The notes under the pieces: model-generated
The model's database searches: none
The model's input: only the letters and a program-made list of their open reading frames with translations
What the model was told of the DNA's origin: nothing
Origin: Gemmatimonadota bacterium
Lineage (GTDB): Bacteria; Gemmatimonadota; Gemmatimonadetes; Palauibacterales; Palauibacteraceae
DNA: 56,554 bases
NCBI GenBank assembly: GCA_039588275.1
Contig: JBDHAC010000020.1
Coordinates: forward strand, 1 to 56,554
Direction of reading: 5' to 3'
Translations under genes and position numbers: made by a program
Shown: positions 21,694 through 35,712 of the stretch, in pieces
Layout: each line of letters begins with the position of its first letter
Position numbering within the stretch: position 1 is the first letter of the stretch

Positions 21694-22471
21694 CAGGCCG
21701 CCGCGGGATTCGAGAGGACCGGCTGGACGTGCTCTCCTCGCTTGGGCGGTGTGCGCCGTGCCGTTCGGCGTCCTCTCGTGCGCAGCGTCCGGACCACCCG
21801 CTGAGCTATCCTCTCCCGATCGCTTTCAGTGGGCGCAGGAAAGGTTCGACGGTGGGAATTTCGGGGCGGCGATCCTCGGGTTTCAGGATTTCGTGATCCG
21901 CGATCCGCTCAATCCGCTCGTGGACAGCGCGCAATACATGATGGCCGAGTCGTACCTGCGCGATGGCCGCGAGCTGGACGCCGCCGAGGAGTTCTCTCGG
22001 CTCGCCACGACACGACCGAACAGTCCCTGGGCGGACGACGCGCAGCTGGGCGCCTGCCGCTCATACTGGGAAGCGTCCCCCAAGATCGCGTTGTCGCAGG
22101 AGTTCACGGACCGGTCGCTCGAGGAGTGTCAGCGCCTGGTCAACTTCTTCCCGACCAGCCCGCTGCGAGCGGAGGCCGAGGGTCTGATAACGCAAGCTCG
22201 CGCCAAGAAAGCCGAGAAGAGCTTCGATATTGCCAAACACTACTTTGACGACAAGGTGTACGTGTCCGCCAACGTGTACTTGGAGAAAGCGCTGGAGGAC
22301 TCACCTTCCGCGGATCTGTTACCGCGAGTCCTGAGCATGATGTACCGGAGCTATACGGCCATCGGTTTCGCAGCCGAGGCCGAGGCCGCGAGGGAGAGGC
22401 TGTTGCGCGAGTTCCCCGACTCAGATGAGGCGCGCGAGCTGGGCGAAGAGGAGGATGGCCGAGACGGGTGA
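21686..22471 (+). CDS. bamD: Outer membrane protein assembly factor BamD-like lipoprotein
   Basis: ATG 21686; lipobox VLSC; TPRs; 'Q..T..S....QRLV..FP.SP' and 'KAEK.F.IA.HY' BamD-like segments. Confidence 0.8.
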   Translation: MNSRPPRDSRGPAGRALLAWAVCAVPFGVLSCAASGPPAELSSPDRFQWAQERFDGGNFGAAILGFQDFVIRDPLNPLVDSAQYMMAESYLRDGRELDAAEEFSRLATTRPNSPWADDAQLGACRSYWEASPKIALSQEFTDRSLEECQRLVNFFPTSPLRAEAEGLITQARAKKAEKSFDIAKHYFDDKVYVSANVYLEKALEDSPSADLLPRVLSMMYRSYTAIGFAAEAEAARERLLREFPDSDEARELGEEEDGRDG

Positions 22472-23071
22472 GCTGCTGGCGGTCCTCGGCGGCACGTTCG
22501 ATCCTCCGCACATCGGACACGCGATCATCGCTCAGGACCTGGTCGAGCAGCTAGCGTTGGATCGTCTGCTGTTGATCCCTGCCGCCGATCCGCCCCACCG
22601 AACCGCCGTGCTGCCGGCCGACGTGCGGCTGGGGCTCGTGACTCGACTGTTCGCGGATGCGCCGCAGATCGAAGTCGCCGACCTGGAGTTACGGCGTTCG
22701 GGGCCATCCTTTACTGTCGATACGCTCGAGGAGATCCGCCGTCTCCGGGCACCCAGCGGCCTCTACTGCGTCATCGGCGCGGATCAGCTGAGAGTCATCG
22801 ACACCTGGCGCGACTACCGCCGGCTCCCCGAGTTGGCGCAGATCGCCGTGATGAGGCGAGATGGGGAAGAACCGGAACTCCCCCGCTCGGCGGATCGTAT
22901 CGCGTATATTACGGTAAACGTAAGTCGGGTCGACGTATCCGCGAGCCAGATCCGCGCCAGGCTGCGCGAGGGTCGTCCCATACGATACCTGGTACCAGAA
23001 TCCATCCGAGCCGAGGTCGAGCGCGTTTGGCGAGCCCACGCACCCTCGCCCTCGGCACCTACGGGTACGGG

Positions 23072-23075
<4 letters not shown>
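22455..23075 (+). CDS. nadD: Nicotinate-nucleotide adenylyltransferase
   Basis: ATG 22455; GGTFDPPHIGH, PPHR, SFTVDTL, IGADQ, VSASQIR. Confidence 0.95.
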
Positions 23076-26401
<3,326 letters not shown>

Positions 26402-26418
26402 CACCTCCTTAAGATCCG

Positions 26419-26556
26419 CCGCGGACACCCCTCCCGAGCGACGCGGAAGATGCGCGTCGCATCGCCGCGGCCGGGCTGGCAAGGCCGTCGACCCACATAC
26501 CGGTGGTCTCTCATCCAGCGCGCAGATCTACGGTCGCTCGGGAGGGGTGCCCACGG
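26419..26556. repeat. ~138-bp element closed by a long inverted repeat (MITE-like or structured RNA)
   Basis: Perfect 17-bp IR cacccctcccgagcgac (26426-42)/gtcgctcgggaggggtg (26533-49), extendable to 24 bp with two A-C mismatches; inner tgcgcg/cgcgca stem. Confidence 0.7.
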
Positions 26557-26902
26557 CTCCTCCTGAATGGCCACTTCAGCGAGGGATGGGGAGTAGCCAC
26601 GTGGAAGCTGCGCTGACCCTGGTGGGGTGCAGCGGGTGTGCGTGAGGGCGTAGCCTGTCGACTACCGGCTCCGGGGGCTTCCACCACACCCCGTGTAGCC
26701 CTTCCCCTGACTTGCATATCGGGACCGTTGCACCATCCTGACCCTGCTCTATACCGAGCCGCGACGTGTTGTCGCCGATGGCACGACTGCCGCGTCTGCC
26801 ATGCCCCGACGCTGTTCCCTCCTTTGGGGTCCAACGCCAGGCAGACCGAGTCGGCATGGCAGCCGCTGGGATGTACCTGCATCGGCAGGATGGGATGTAC
26901 CC

Positions 26903-27949
26903 ATGAGACGTCCGCTCTTTCTCGCTCTCCTCCCGTTCCTGTTCACCAGCTGCGAGCCCGCCACGGAGCCCGAGGAGGCGACGACCTCACCGCTGCGTGC
27001 TGCGACGAGTCCAGGCGGTGAGTATGAGATCATCGACCTCGGCACGCTGGGAGGTTTCGAGAGCTACGCCAATGACATCAACAACCGCGGGCAGGTGGTC
27101 GGGGGCACCAGCACCGGCACAGGCGCCATGCATGCCTTCCTGTGGGAGACTGGGGAGATGACCGATTTGGGCACCCTCGGGGGCGACCAAAGCTACGCCA
27201 GCGGCATCAACAACCGCGGGCAGGTGGCAGGCCAGGCCTTCAACAGCACAGGCGAAGAGCACGCCTTCCTGTGGGAGGGCGGGGAGATGGTTGACCTCGG
27301 CACCCTGGGCGGCGACCGCAGCGTCGCGACAGGCATCAACAACCGCGGACAGGTAGTCGGGCTCAGCCGCACCAGCTCGGGCGTCAACCACGCCTTCCTG
27401 TGGGAGGCGGGGGTGATGACCGATTTGGGCACGCTGGGCGGCCACAGCGGTGCCTACGACATCAACGAACGGGGGCAGGTGGTTGGGTACAGCTACCCCG
27501 CGGGCTCGAGCGCCCGCCACGCCATCCTGTGGGAGGATGGGGAGATGATCGACCTCGGCACTCTGGGGGGTAGCTACCACAACGCCGAAGGCATCAACAA
27601 CCGCGGGCAGGTGGTCGGGATCGGCCAGACCGCCTGGCCCTACTACTACGCCCGCGCCTTCCTGTGGGAAAACGGGGTGATGACCGATTTGGGCACCCTC
27701 GGGGGCGACGATAGCAACGCCTACGACATCAACGAACGGGGGCAGGCGTTCGGGTGGAGCCAGATTAGCACGGGCATAGGAGGCAGCCGTGCCGTCATTT
27801 GGGAGAACGGAGAGATGACCGAGCTGCTCGGCACCCTGGGCGGCAAGTGGACCCGCGCGCGTGCCATCAACGAGCTCGGGCAGGCGGTCGGGCACAGCCA
27901 GACCCCGTCGGGCCACTACCACGCCGTTCTCTGGACGCCAAAGAACTGA
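26903..27949 (+). CDS. HAF-repeat extracellular lipoprotein (seven repeats, probable beta-propeller)
   Basis: ATG 26903; signal [17 protein letters not shown] with lipobox; seven LGTLGG...IN..GQ..G...(H/R)A(F/I/V)(L/I)W repeats. Confidence 0.9.
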   Translation: MRRPLFLALLPFLFTSCEPATEPEEATTSPLRAATSPGGEYEIIDLGTLGGFESYANDINNRGQVVGGTSTGTGAMHAFLWETGEMTDLGTLGGDQSYASGINNRGQVAGQAFNSTGEEHAFLWEGGEMVDLGTLGGDRSVATGINNRGQVVGLSRTSSGVNHAFLWEAGVMTDLGTLGGHSGAYDINERGQVVGYSYPAGSSARHAILWEDGEMIDLGTLGGSYHNAEGINNRGQVVGIGQTAWPYYYARAFLWENGVMTDLGTLGGDDSNAYDINERGQAFGWSQISTGIGGSRAVIWENGEMTELLGTLGGKWTRARAINELGQAVGHSQTPSGHYHAVLWTPKN

Positions 27950-27973
27950 CCAGTTGAAGAGACGGAACGGAAC

Positions 27974-28001
27974 GAGCGGCGGCCTCACCGGGGCCGCCCT
28001 C
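27974..28001 (+). terminator. GC-rich hairpin downstream of the HAF gene (no U-tract)
   Basis: ggcggcc(27978-84)/ggccgcc(27992-98) plus outer gag/ctc. Confidence 0.4.
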
Positions 28002-28302
28002 TCAAAGTGTGCCGCGATTGTGCCAGATCCTGCTACGTAACCTGCCGATGCGCCCGGTTAGAGGGTTCTCCCGACACCCAGTGTGGACCTCCTCCCGACT
28101 TGCGGACGGCCGACCCTCAGTCACTGTGCACGGCTCCTCGCGAGGATGTCACGTCAAGCGAGCGTGAGATCAATACGGCACGCAACAGCTATGTGGTGAT
28201 TGTCGTTAGAGGATATTATATGATGTAGATTCTAGCTACTTGGCCGGTCCGCGAAAGGTCCGACCGGTTTAACGCGCGTCGGCGATCACCGGCGCGGTGA
28301 TC

Positions 28303-29136
28303 TCATCCTCCTCCGCCATCCCCGAGGCGCATGGACATCCTCTGGATGGTCTCGAAGCTCATACCGGCACCCGCCTCCACTTCCATCGCCATGGTTCCGT
28401 CATAGCGGGCGAGGCGGCCGGTGCTGACATCCAGGACGATCGTGCCCTCCATCATGCCGGTCGCCTCGACCTGTTGTCCCTGATCCCCGGACATGGTCAT
28501 CGGGCCACTCAGCCGCAGGACGGCGTAGCGCGCGCCGGCGCGATCTTCGATGCGCTCGAGGATGTAGGTCATGTCGAGTTGCATAGACAGGGTGCCCCCG
28601 AGGCCACCGGGCAGCTCGAGCTCCTGACGAGCCGTCCAGCTTTCGCCCTGCCGGACGGGACCTTCCGGGAGCTCCATGCCCGTTCCCCCAAAGACGCCCT
28701 GTACCTGGCTCATCGCCTCCTTTACCTCGGGCGGCACGGTCTCATCTTCGAACTCGATGCCGACGATCCGACCACGGCTGTCCATGTGAAGCGTCTGGCT
28801 GACGCCGTCGGTGTCGGGGATGTTATGCGCGAGCATCGGCATCGCGGGGCTCTGCATCCGCATCGAGTCCGTCACCATGCGGTAGGTCCGCACCTCGCCA
28901 TCGACAGCCGTCACGGCCTGGGTGCTGTACACGCGTCCCGTGAGGATCGGCTGGCTGGGGTCGAGCATCGGCATCGCCGCAGATTGGAGCACGACTTCGA
29001 GCTCCGTGACGTATCGCGACACGAGACCCTCCTCCGGAGCGAGGCGGAGAAGGACAGTCTCCTGCGCGTTGGCTTGGGCGATGGATCCAGCGACGCCCAC
29101 GCACAGAGCGTAAAGCGGAATGACGGCTCGTCTCAT
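28303..29136 (-). CDS. Exported hypothetical protein (possibly DUF6263-like), Met-rich
   Basis: Sec signal ending AQANA-Q; alternating beta-strand-like pattern; 'LPEGPVRQGESW' segment; the + strand ORF here is a shadow. Confidence 0.8.
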   Translation of the reverse strand: MRRAVIPLYALCVGVAGSIAQANAQETVLLRLAPEEGLVSRYVTELEVVLQSAAMPMLDPSQPILTGRVYSTQAVTAVDGEVRTYRMVTDSMRMQSPAMPMLAHNIPDTDGVSQTLHMDSRGRIVGIEFEDETVPPEVKEAMSQVQGVFGGTGMELPEGPVRQGESWTARQELELPGGLGGTLSMQLDMTYILERIEDRAGARYAVLRLSGPMTMSGDQGQQVEATGMMEGTIVLDVSTGRLARYDGTMAMEVEAGAGMSFETIQRMSMRLGDGGGG

Positions 29137-29306
29137 CTCGAAATCTCCTGACCCTCAGGCTGCCTCGACTCGATCATGGGCGGGGCGCGCGCGATACGAA
29201 GCGGCCGCCACCGACTTGCACCGGTTTACCATGCAACGGGTCCCGGGGTCCACTTTTCGCGCGGTCCCGATTGACGGCCGCATGAGCTGGGGCCGCTCTG
29301 TCGGTC

Positions 29307-30053
29307 ATGAGCCCCAGGATCCGCGAATGGCCGGCGTGTGAGCGTCCTCGAGAACGACTGGTCCGATTGCGCTCCGACGCGCTCGCCACGCGCGAGCTCA
29401 TCGCCATCGTGCTCGGGGCGGGTGCCGCGGGTCGATCGGCCGTCGAATTGGCGGGCGAGCTGCTCGGGCGGTTCGAAGGATCACTGCGCAAGCTCGCCGC
29501 GGCCGAGCCGGCCGAGCTGGAAGCCATCGTGGGGATCGGAGAGGCGAAGGCGGCCGCCGTGGCCGCCGCGCTGGCGCTTGGACGCAGGTTCGCTTCCGAG
29601 CCCGCGCGTGAGGTCAGCCGCGTGCGTGGCCCCGGCGATGTCCACGCGCGCCTCGGCCCGCTCCTGCGTGACCGGCGACAGGAGGAGTTCTGGGTCCTGT
29701 ACCTCGACACACAGAACCGTGTCGAGCTCGAGCGGTGCCTGACCGTCGGGCTGCTCAATTCCTCCCTGGTCCACCCGCGCGAAGTGTTCGGGCCGGCGAT
29801 CGCGGTGTCGGCCGCGAGCCTCATCCTGGCCCACAATCACCCCAGCGGAGACCCCGAGCCCTCGCCCGAAGATGTCCGGGTCACCTGCCAGCTCGTCGAA
29901 AGCGGTCGACTCCTCGGGATCCCGGTCCGCGACCACGTGATCCTGGGCGACGACCGGTACGTGAGCCTCATGGAGCGTGGGCTATGCGGGTCCGCGGCCA
30001 TCCCCGGCTACATCGGCGACGGACCGGGCAAGGGCGCACCAACCGGCGCCTGA
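29307..30053 (+). CDS. radC: RadC/JAB-domain protein
   Basis: ERPRERL, ELIAIVLGAG, GIGEAKA, VHPREVF, HNHPSGDPEPSPED, DHVI. Confidence 0.95.
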   Translation: MSPRIREWPACERPRERLVRLRSDALATRELIAIVLGAGAAGRSAVELAGELLGRFEGSLRKLAAAEPAELEAIVGIGEAKAAAVAAALALGRRFASEPAREVSRVRGPGDVHARLGPLLRDRRQEEFWVLYLDTQNRVELERCLTVGLLNSSLVHPREVFGPAIAVSAASLILAHNHPSGDPEPSPEDVRVTCQLVESGRLLGIPVRDHVILGDDRYVSLMERGLCGSAAIPGYIGDGPGKGAPTGA

Positions 30054-30227
30054 GCCCTCCGGGTTTTCCCGAACACTTACCGAAAGGGCGCCGAACCTGC
30101 ATACTGTGCTGGAGGTATAAGGAGTCTCGCCGGCTTACGGCCGACCTCGGCCCGCGCCGCGCGAGCGACTCGCGACCCTTTATCTCGACCGCGGTTGGCG
30201 CGTTCCCCGGGAGCAGCAGACAGGCGC

Positions 30228-32456
30228 ATGGAATCCAGCCTCGACACAGCGACGGAGCGCGATCGAGACGGAGGCGGAGCGGATCTCCGCGCCCTCCTGC
30301 CGGCGGACTTCCTCGAGGCCGTCCACGGCCACGCGGGCCGGCTCGACCTCGACCTGCTCGCCCTGGCGTTCCAATACAGCCGCGAGAAGCACGAAGGGCA
30401 AAAGCGAGCCTCGGGCGAGGATCACATCACGCATTGTGTCGAAGTGGCCAAGATCCTGAGCGACATCCACATCGACACGGTCACGATCGCCGCCTCGCTC
30501 CTGCACGATGTCGTGGAGGACACGGGCACGCCGATCGAAGAGATCCGGCGCGAGTTCGGGGACGAGATCGCGACCATCGTCGATGGCCTGACGAAGATCG
30601 CCCGCTTCGAGTTCGGCTCGATGGCGGAGCGGCAGGTCGAGACCTACCGCAAGCTCCTCCTGTCGATGGCGAGAGACGCACGCGTGATCATCGTGAAGCT
30701 CGCCGATCGTCTCCACAACATGCGAACCCTGGAGCACATGTCGGCCGGCAAGCGGGAGAGGATCGCGCTCGAGACACGCGAGATCTACGCGCCGCTCGCG
30801 CACCGCCTCGGGATGGCGAGGGTGAAGTGGGAGCTGGAGGACCTGGCGTTCAAGCATCTCGAGGCCGAGGGATACCGCAAGCTGGTCAAGAAGATCGACT
30901 CCACGCGAGGAGAGCGGGAAGAGCTCATCCGCAAGATGGAAGAGCCGCTGCGGGCGGAGCTCGAGGCGGCCGGCATCCGGTGCACCGTGACGGGACGCCC
31001 GAAGCACCTGTGGTCGATCTATCGCAAGATGGTCAAGCGCGACAAGCCGTTCGAGGAGATCTACGACATCCTCGCGATGCGGATCCTCGTGGATTCGGTG
31101 CGCGATTGCTACCACGCGCTCGGCATCGTGCACAACAAGTGGACACCCCTCACCGAGCGCTTCCACGACTTCATCGCGACGCCGAAGTCCAACATGTATC
31201 GCAGCCTGCACACGACGATCTTCGGACCGGGGGGCAAGCTGTACGAGATTCAGATCCGCACCGAAGAAATGCACGAGACCGCGGAGTTCGGGATCGCCGC
31301 ACACTGGAGATACAAGGAAGGCCTCGAAGACCTCGACGAGGTGGATGACGAGCTGACGTGGTTCCGACAGGTTCTCGAATGGCAGCAGGAGACCCGCGAG
31401 CCCGAGGAGTTCATGGAGTTCCTCCGGATCGACCTGTTCCAGGACGAGATCTTCGTATTCACGCCCGCCGGGGACGTGAAGCAGCTGCCGACGGGGGCCA
31501 CGCCGATCGATTTCGCGTTTGCGGTGCACACCGAGGTCGGGCTGCGCTGTTCGGGCGCGAAGGTGAACGGCCGGATCGCGCCACTGAGCCGTCCGCTCAA
31601 GAACGGAGACACGGTAGAGATCCTGACCTCCGAGTCGCAGAGCCCGAGCCGCGATTGGCTCGGCTTCGTCCAGACCAGCAAGGCCCGCCACAAGGTCCGC
31701 CAGTGGATTCGTTCGGAAGAGCACGAGTCCGCCGTCCGTCTGGGGCGCGAGATCCTCGGGCGCGAGTGGAAGCGCCAGCGACGGAAGCCGGAGGACGCAC
31801 AGCTGGCCGCCGCGGCTGGGGAGCTCGGGCTGGAAGGTGCGGATGGCTTGTTCGCCGCCGTCTCGCGCGGCGACGTGAGCCTCACCCGCGTCATCCGAGC
31901 CATCTTTCCCGAGTCCATCCCTGAGCCCCCCGACCGCATCCCGAGCCCGTTGCACAAGCTCGTGGAGAAGGTGTGGCACGGTCCCAAGGGCATCCGGATC
32001 CAGGGGATGGACAACCTGATGATCCGCTACTCCCAATGTTGCCAGCCCGTGCCGGGAGATGAGGTGATCGGGTACATCACTCGAGGAAGGGGCATCTCGA
32101 TCCATCGCCGGGACTGCCCCAACGTGCTCCATCTGTCGGAAGATCCCGAGCGCCGCGTGGATATCGAATGGGATGCGGATGGGGCGCAGCGGTTTCTAGT
32201 CCGGATCCTCATGGAGGGGACCGACCGTCACGGGTTGTTCGCGGACATCGCCAAGGCCGTCTCGGACACGGGCACGAACATCCAGTCCGCTGACATCAAG
32301 GCGATCGAGGGCGGCATGCGAGGCCAATTCGTGGTCGAGGTCGAGAACCTGAGCCACCTGAGGAAGGTGATGAAAGCCGTGCGACGAGTGAAAGGCGTGC
32401 TCACCGTGGAACGGAAGGAGTCGTTCGGGGAGAGCGATCTCACCCTCGAAGCGTGA
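30228..32456 (+). CDS. rel: Bifunctional (p)ppGpp synthetase/hydrolase Rel (RSH)
   Basis: ATG 30228 (TTG 30195 possible); intact HD motif [42 protein letters not shown] zinc finger, ACT. Confidence 0.96.
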   Translation: MESSLDTATERDRDGGGADLRALLPADFLEAVHGHAGRLDLDLLALAFQYSREKHEGQKRASGEDHITHCVEVAKILSDIHIDTVTIAASLLHDVVEDTGTPIEEIRREFGDEIATIVDGLTKIARFEFGSMAERQVETYRKLLLSMARDARVIIVKLADRLHNMRTLEHMSAGKRERIALETREIYAPLAHRLGMARVKWELEDLAFKHLEAEGYRKLVKKIDSTRGEREELIRKMEEPLRAELEAAGIRCTVTGRPKHLWSIYRKMVKRDKPFEEIYDILAMRILVDSVRDCYHALGIVHNKWTPLTERFHDFIATPKSNMYRSLHTTIFGPGGKLYEIQIRTEEMHETAEFGIAAHWRYKEGLEDLDEVDDELTWFRQVLEWQQETREPEEFMEFLRIDLFQDEIFVFTPAGDVKQLPTGATPIDFAFAVHTEVGLRCSGAKVNGRIAPLSRPLKNGDTVEILTSESQSPSRDWLGFVQTSKARHKVRQWIRSEEHESAVRLGREILGREWKRQRRKPEDAQLAAAAGELGLEGADGLFAAVSRGDVSLTRVIRAIFPESIPEPPDRIPSPLHKLVEKVWHGPKGIRIQGMDNLMIRYSQCCQPVPGDEVIGYITRGRGISIHRRDCPNVLHLSEDPERRVDIEWDADGAQRFLVRILMEGTDRHGLFADIAKAVSDTGTNIQSADIKAIEGGMRGQFVVEVENLSHLRKVMKAVRRVKGVLTVERKESFGESDLTLEA

Positions 32457-32466
32457 GGGGCGCGGA

Positions 32467-34545
32467 ATGACCTCGTCGGCGGCGATCGGCCCGGCGCGGT
32501 TCGACCTCCAGCTTCCGTTCGAGCCGACCGGGGACCAGCCGGGCGCCATCGCGGAGCTCGTCGCTGGGTACGGGCGCGGGGAGGGGTGCCAGACGCTCCT
32601 CGGCGTCACGGGAAGCGGAAAGACCGTCAGCATGGCGAGCGTCATCGCCGAGACGGGTCTCCCCACGCTCGTCATGAGTCACAACAAGACGCTCGCCGCG
32701 CAGTTGTACGGCGAGCTGCGCCATTTCTTCCCCCGCAACGCGGTCGAGTACTTCATCTCGTACTACGACTACTACCAGCCGGAGGCGTACGTCCCCGCGA
32801 CCGACACGTACATCGAGAAAGACGCCACGATCAACGAAGACATCGACCGTCTCCGGCTGCGGGCCACCTCGTCGCTGATGGAACGGCGTGACGTGATCAT
32901 CGTGGCGTCCGTGTCGGCGATCTACGGTCTCGGCGACCCGCGAGGGTACGCCGAGTTGATGCTTACGCTGGAGGAGGGGCAGGAGATCACACGGAGGGAG
33001 ATCCTCACGGGCCTCGTCCAGATCCAATACAACCGCAACGACCTCGACTTTACGCGCGGGACCTTCCGTGTCCGCGGAGATGTCGTGGAGGTGCTGCCGG
33101 CGTACGAGGAGCAGGGGGTTCGGATCGAACTGTGGGGTGACACGGTCGAGCGGATCTCCAAGATCGATCCGATCACGGGCTCGACGATCACGCGGCTGGG
33201 GCAGACGGCGATCTTCCCCGCGACCCACTACGCGACTCTCGGGGCCAAGCTCGAGGCAGCGATCGACGGCATCTACAGGGAGCTCGAGGAGCGTCTGCTC
33301 TTCCTGCGTCAGGAAGGCATGTTGCTCGAAGCCCAGCGACTCGAGCAGCGGACCAAGTTCGATCTCGAAATGCTGCGCGAAGTGGGCGTCTGCCCGGGGA
33401 TCGAGAACTACTCCCGGCATCTGGACGCACGAAAGGAGGGCGAGCGCCCGTACTGTCTCCTCGATTACTTCCCCGACGACTACATGGTGATGGTCGATGA
33501 ATCCCACGTGACGATCCCGCAGATCGGTGGCATGTACGAGGGGGATCAGAGCCGCAAGCGGACGCTCGTGCACCACGGTTTCCGGTTGCCCTCGGCCCTC
33601 GACAACCGCCCTCTCAGCTTCCGGGAGTGGGAGGAGCTGGTGCCGCGCGTTCTGTACATCAGCGCCACGCCGGGGGAATACGAGTTGCGGAGCAGCGGGG
33701 GCGTGGTGGTGGAGCAGCTGATTCGCCCGACGGGTTTGCTGGACCCGGAGGTGGTCGTCCGGCCGATTCGGGGCCAGGTCGATGATCTGCTGGAGGAGAT
33801 CCGGCACCGCACGGAGCGGGGCGAGCGGGTGCTCGTGACCACGCTTACGAAGCGCATGGCGGAAGACCTCTCGGAGTTCCTCGCGATGCGTGGCGTTCGT
33901 GTGCGCTACATGCATTCCGACATCGCCGCGATCGATCGGGTCAAGATCCTCAGGGACCTGCGGCTGGGTGCCTTCGACGTTCTCGTCGGCATCAACCTGT
34001 TGCGGGAAGGGCTCGACCTGCCCGAGGTGTCGCTCGTCGCGATACTGGACGCGGATAAGGAAGGGTTCCTGCGGTCTGACCGATCGCTGATTCAGACGAT
34101 CGGGCGAGCAGCACGCAACGTGAGGGGGACGGCGATTCTGTATGCCGACCGAATCACGGACTCGATGCGCCGGGCGATCGACGAGACGGACCGCCGCCGG
34201 GTGACCCAGGCCGGGTACAATCAGGAGCACGGGGTGACCCCGCGCTCGATCATCAAGTCGGTCGACGAGATCCGGTTCAGCACCGCGGTGGCCGACGCGC
34301 GCGAACGTCAGCCCTCGGTCCGCGAGAGAATCGGCTCCTACGAGGCCCTGGAACCTGGCGAGCTCGTAGAGGTGCTCGAGCGGGAGATGCGAGAAGCGGC
34401 AGAGGCGCTCGATTTCGAGCGCGCCGCACGCCTGCGGGATGAGCTGTTCGAGGTGAAGGCCAAGCTCGAGAGCCGTCCGACCGACCGGCGCGCCGCCCGC
34501 TCGCGGCTCTCGGCGCTTCGATCGGCAGAACCGGGGCGCGGATGA
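32467..34545 (+). CDS. uvrB: Excinuclease ABC subunit B
   Basis: [44 protein letters not shown]-terminal UVR coil. Confidence 0.99.
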   Translation: MTSSAAIGPARFDLQLPFEPTGDQPGAIAELVAGYGRGEGCQTLLGVTGSGKTVSMASVIAETGLPTLVMSHNKTLAAQLYGELRHFFPRNAVEYFISYYDYYQPEAYVPATDTYIEKDATINEDIDRLRLRATSSLMERRDVIIVASVSAIYGLGDPRGYAELMLTLEEGQEITRREILTGLVQIQYNRNDLDFTRGTFRVRGDVVEVLPAYEEQGVRIELWGDTVERISKIDPITGSTITRLGQTAIFPATHYATLGAKLEAAIDGIYRELEERLLFLRQEGMLLEAQRLEQRTKFDLEMLREVGVCPGIENYSRHLDARKEGERPYCLLDYFPDDYMVMVDESHVTIPQIGGMYEGDQSRKRTLVHHGFRLPSALDNRPLSFREWEELVPRVLYISATPGEYELRSSGGVVVEQLIRPTGLLDPEVVVRPIRGQVDDLLEEIRHRTERGERVLVTTLTKRMAEDLSEFLAMRGVRVRYMHSDIAAIDRVKILRDLRLGAFDVLVGINLLREGLDLPEVSLVAILDADKEGFLRSDRSLIQTIGRAARNVRGTAILYADRITDSMRRAIDETDRRRVTQAGYNQEHGVTPRSIIKSVDEIRFSTAVADARERQPSVRERIGSYEALEPGELVEVLEREMREAAEALDFERAARLRDELFEVKAKLESRPTDRRAARSRLSALRSAEPGRG

Positions 34546-35015
34546 AGACGGTCGAGCTCGCGGAGCCCGATCTCCGCGCCTGGGGGCGGGTCCTGGGGCG
34601 CCGCGCGGTCGAAGAGACGGCCTTCGTGGGGCTCTACGGGCCGCTCGGGGCGGGGAAGACGACTCTGGTTCAAGCGGCGTGTGAGGGCGCGGCCGTGGTC
34701 GACCGCGTGCTCAGCCCGTCCTATACGCTGATCCACCGTTACCAGACGCCGGAAGGCCCCTTGTACCACGTGGATCTGTACCGGCTGACCAGCCCCGCGG
34801 ACCTGTACGAGATCGGCTGGGACGACCTCCTGGATGCGGACGCCCCCATCTTCGTGGAGTGGGCGGACCGCGCGGGGTCGGAGCTGCCGGACCGGCGTTG
34901 GGACATCAGGCTCGCCATCGCCCGTGAGGGAGACACGCGTCTCGTCCAGATGGCGGCGGCGGGGGGGGCTCCCGAAGTCCCGGGCCCGGCGGCGCCGCGC
35001 GGCGTGGGGGCTTGA
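34542..35015 (+). CDS. tsaE: tRNA threonylcarbamoyladenosine biosynthesis ATPase TsaE
   Basis: [25 protein letters not shown]. Confidence 0.95.
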   Translation: MKTVELAEPDLRAWGRVLGRRAVEETAFVGLYGPLGAGKTTLVQAACEGAAVVDRVLSPSYTLIHRYQTPEGPLYHVDLYRLTSPADLYEIGWDDLLDADAPIFVEWADRAGSELPDRRWDIRLAIAREGDTRLVQMAAAGGAPEVPGPAAPRGVGA

Positions 35016-35701
35016 GCATGCTCCGGCTCGCTCTGGAGACGAGCACGCGACTGGGAAGCCTTGCGCTGGGAGCGGGCGGCGAGCTGATCGCGGAGTGCTC
35101 GCTCTCGGTTCAGGCGACACACTCCGAGACGGTGCTTCCGGAAGTAGATCGGTTATTGCGTCGGGCGGGGCTCGGGCTCGAGGGGCTCGAAGCGGTCGTC
35201 GTGGGAGCCGGGCCGGGGTCGTTCACCGGCGTGCGGATCGCCGCTTCCCTGGCGAAGGGGCTCTGCTTCGCACGCGAGATCCCGTTGTTCGCGTACTCCA
35301 GTCTCGCCGCGGTGGCCGCGGGTTCAGGCGCTGGACACACGTGCGCGCTGTTCGATGCCCGTCGCGCCGAGGTCTACGCGGCGGCCTACCACGCCGAGGA
35401 CCTGCCGCGCTCGTTCTGGGGTCCCGTTGTCGTGCCGGTCGAAGAGCTGCTGGAAGACTTGGGCGCAGCCGACTGGACCTTCGCGGGAGAAGGTGCGGTC
35501 CGAAACGCGGCGCGCATCGAGGCGGCAGGTGGGCAGGTGCTCCCAAGCCACCTCGGAATCCCGCGCGCTTCGGCGCTTCTGTGGCTCATGGACGTGGCGC
35601 CCGATGCCGGGCGGGTGGAGGACCCCACGTTATGGGAGCCCTCGTACGTGCGCGCGTCGGGTGCCGAGCGAATGGCCGGGGCTCCGGCCGCCGCCCGCTG
35701 A
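35012..35701 (+). CDS. tsaB: tRNA threonylcarbamoyladenosine biosynthesis protein TsaB
   Basis: LALETST, HSE, GPGSFTGVRI, DARRAEVY, EP.YVR. Confidence 0.95.
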   Translation: MSMLRLALETSTRLGSLALGAGGELIAECSLSVQATHSETVLPEVDRLLRRAGLGLEGLEAVVVGAGPGSFTGVRIAASLAKGLCFAREIPLFAYSSLAAVAAGSGAGHTCALFDARRAEVYAAAYHAEDLPRSFWGPVVVPVEELLEDLGAADWTFAGEGAVRNAARIEAAGGQVLPSHLGIPRASALLWLMDVAPDAGRVEDPTLWEPSYVRASGAERMAGAPAAAR

Positions 35702-35712
35702 CGGATCAGACC

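Noticed and set aside
26586..26710. GGGGAGTAGC resembling the 5' motif of the yybP-ykoY (Mn2+) riboswitch
   Set aside because: No matching 3' GAGACC element seen, and the downstream gene is not a metal transporter
26903..27949. Diversity-generating retroelement target
   Set aside because: No reverse transcriptase or non-coding template repeat in the window; repeat differences are not adenine-specific
28007..28228. 73-aa ORF in the HAF downstream spacer
   Set aside because: No RBS, atypical codon usage and no motif; probably spurious
29307..30053. radC as a marker of a mobile or anti-defence island
   Set aside because: Full-length chromosomal-type RadC with N-terminal HhH region, leading into housekeeping rel-uvrB
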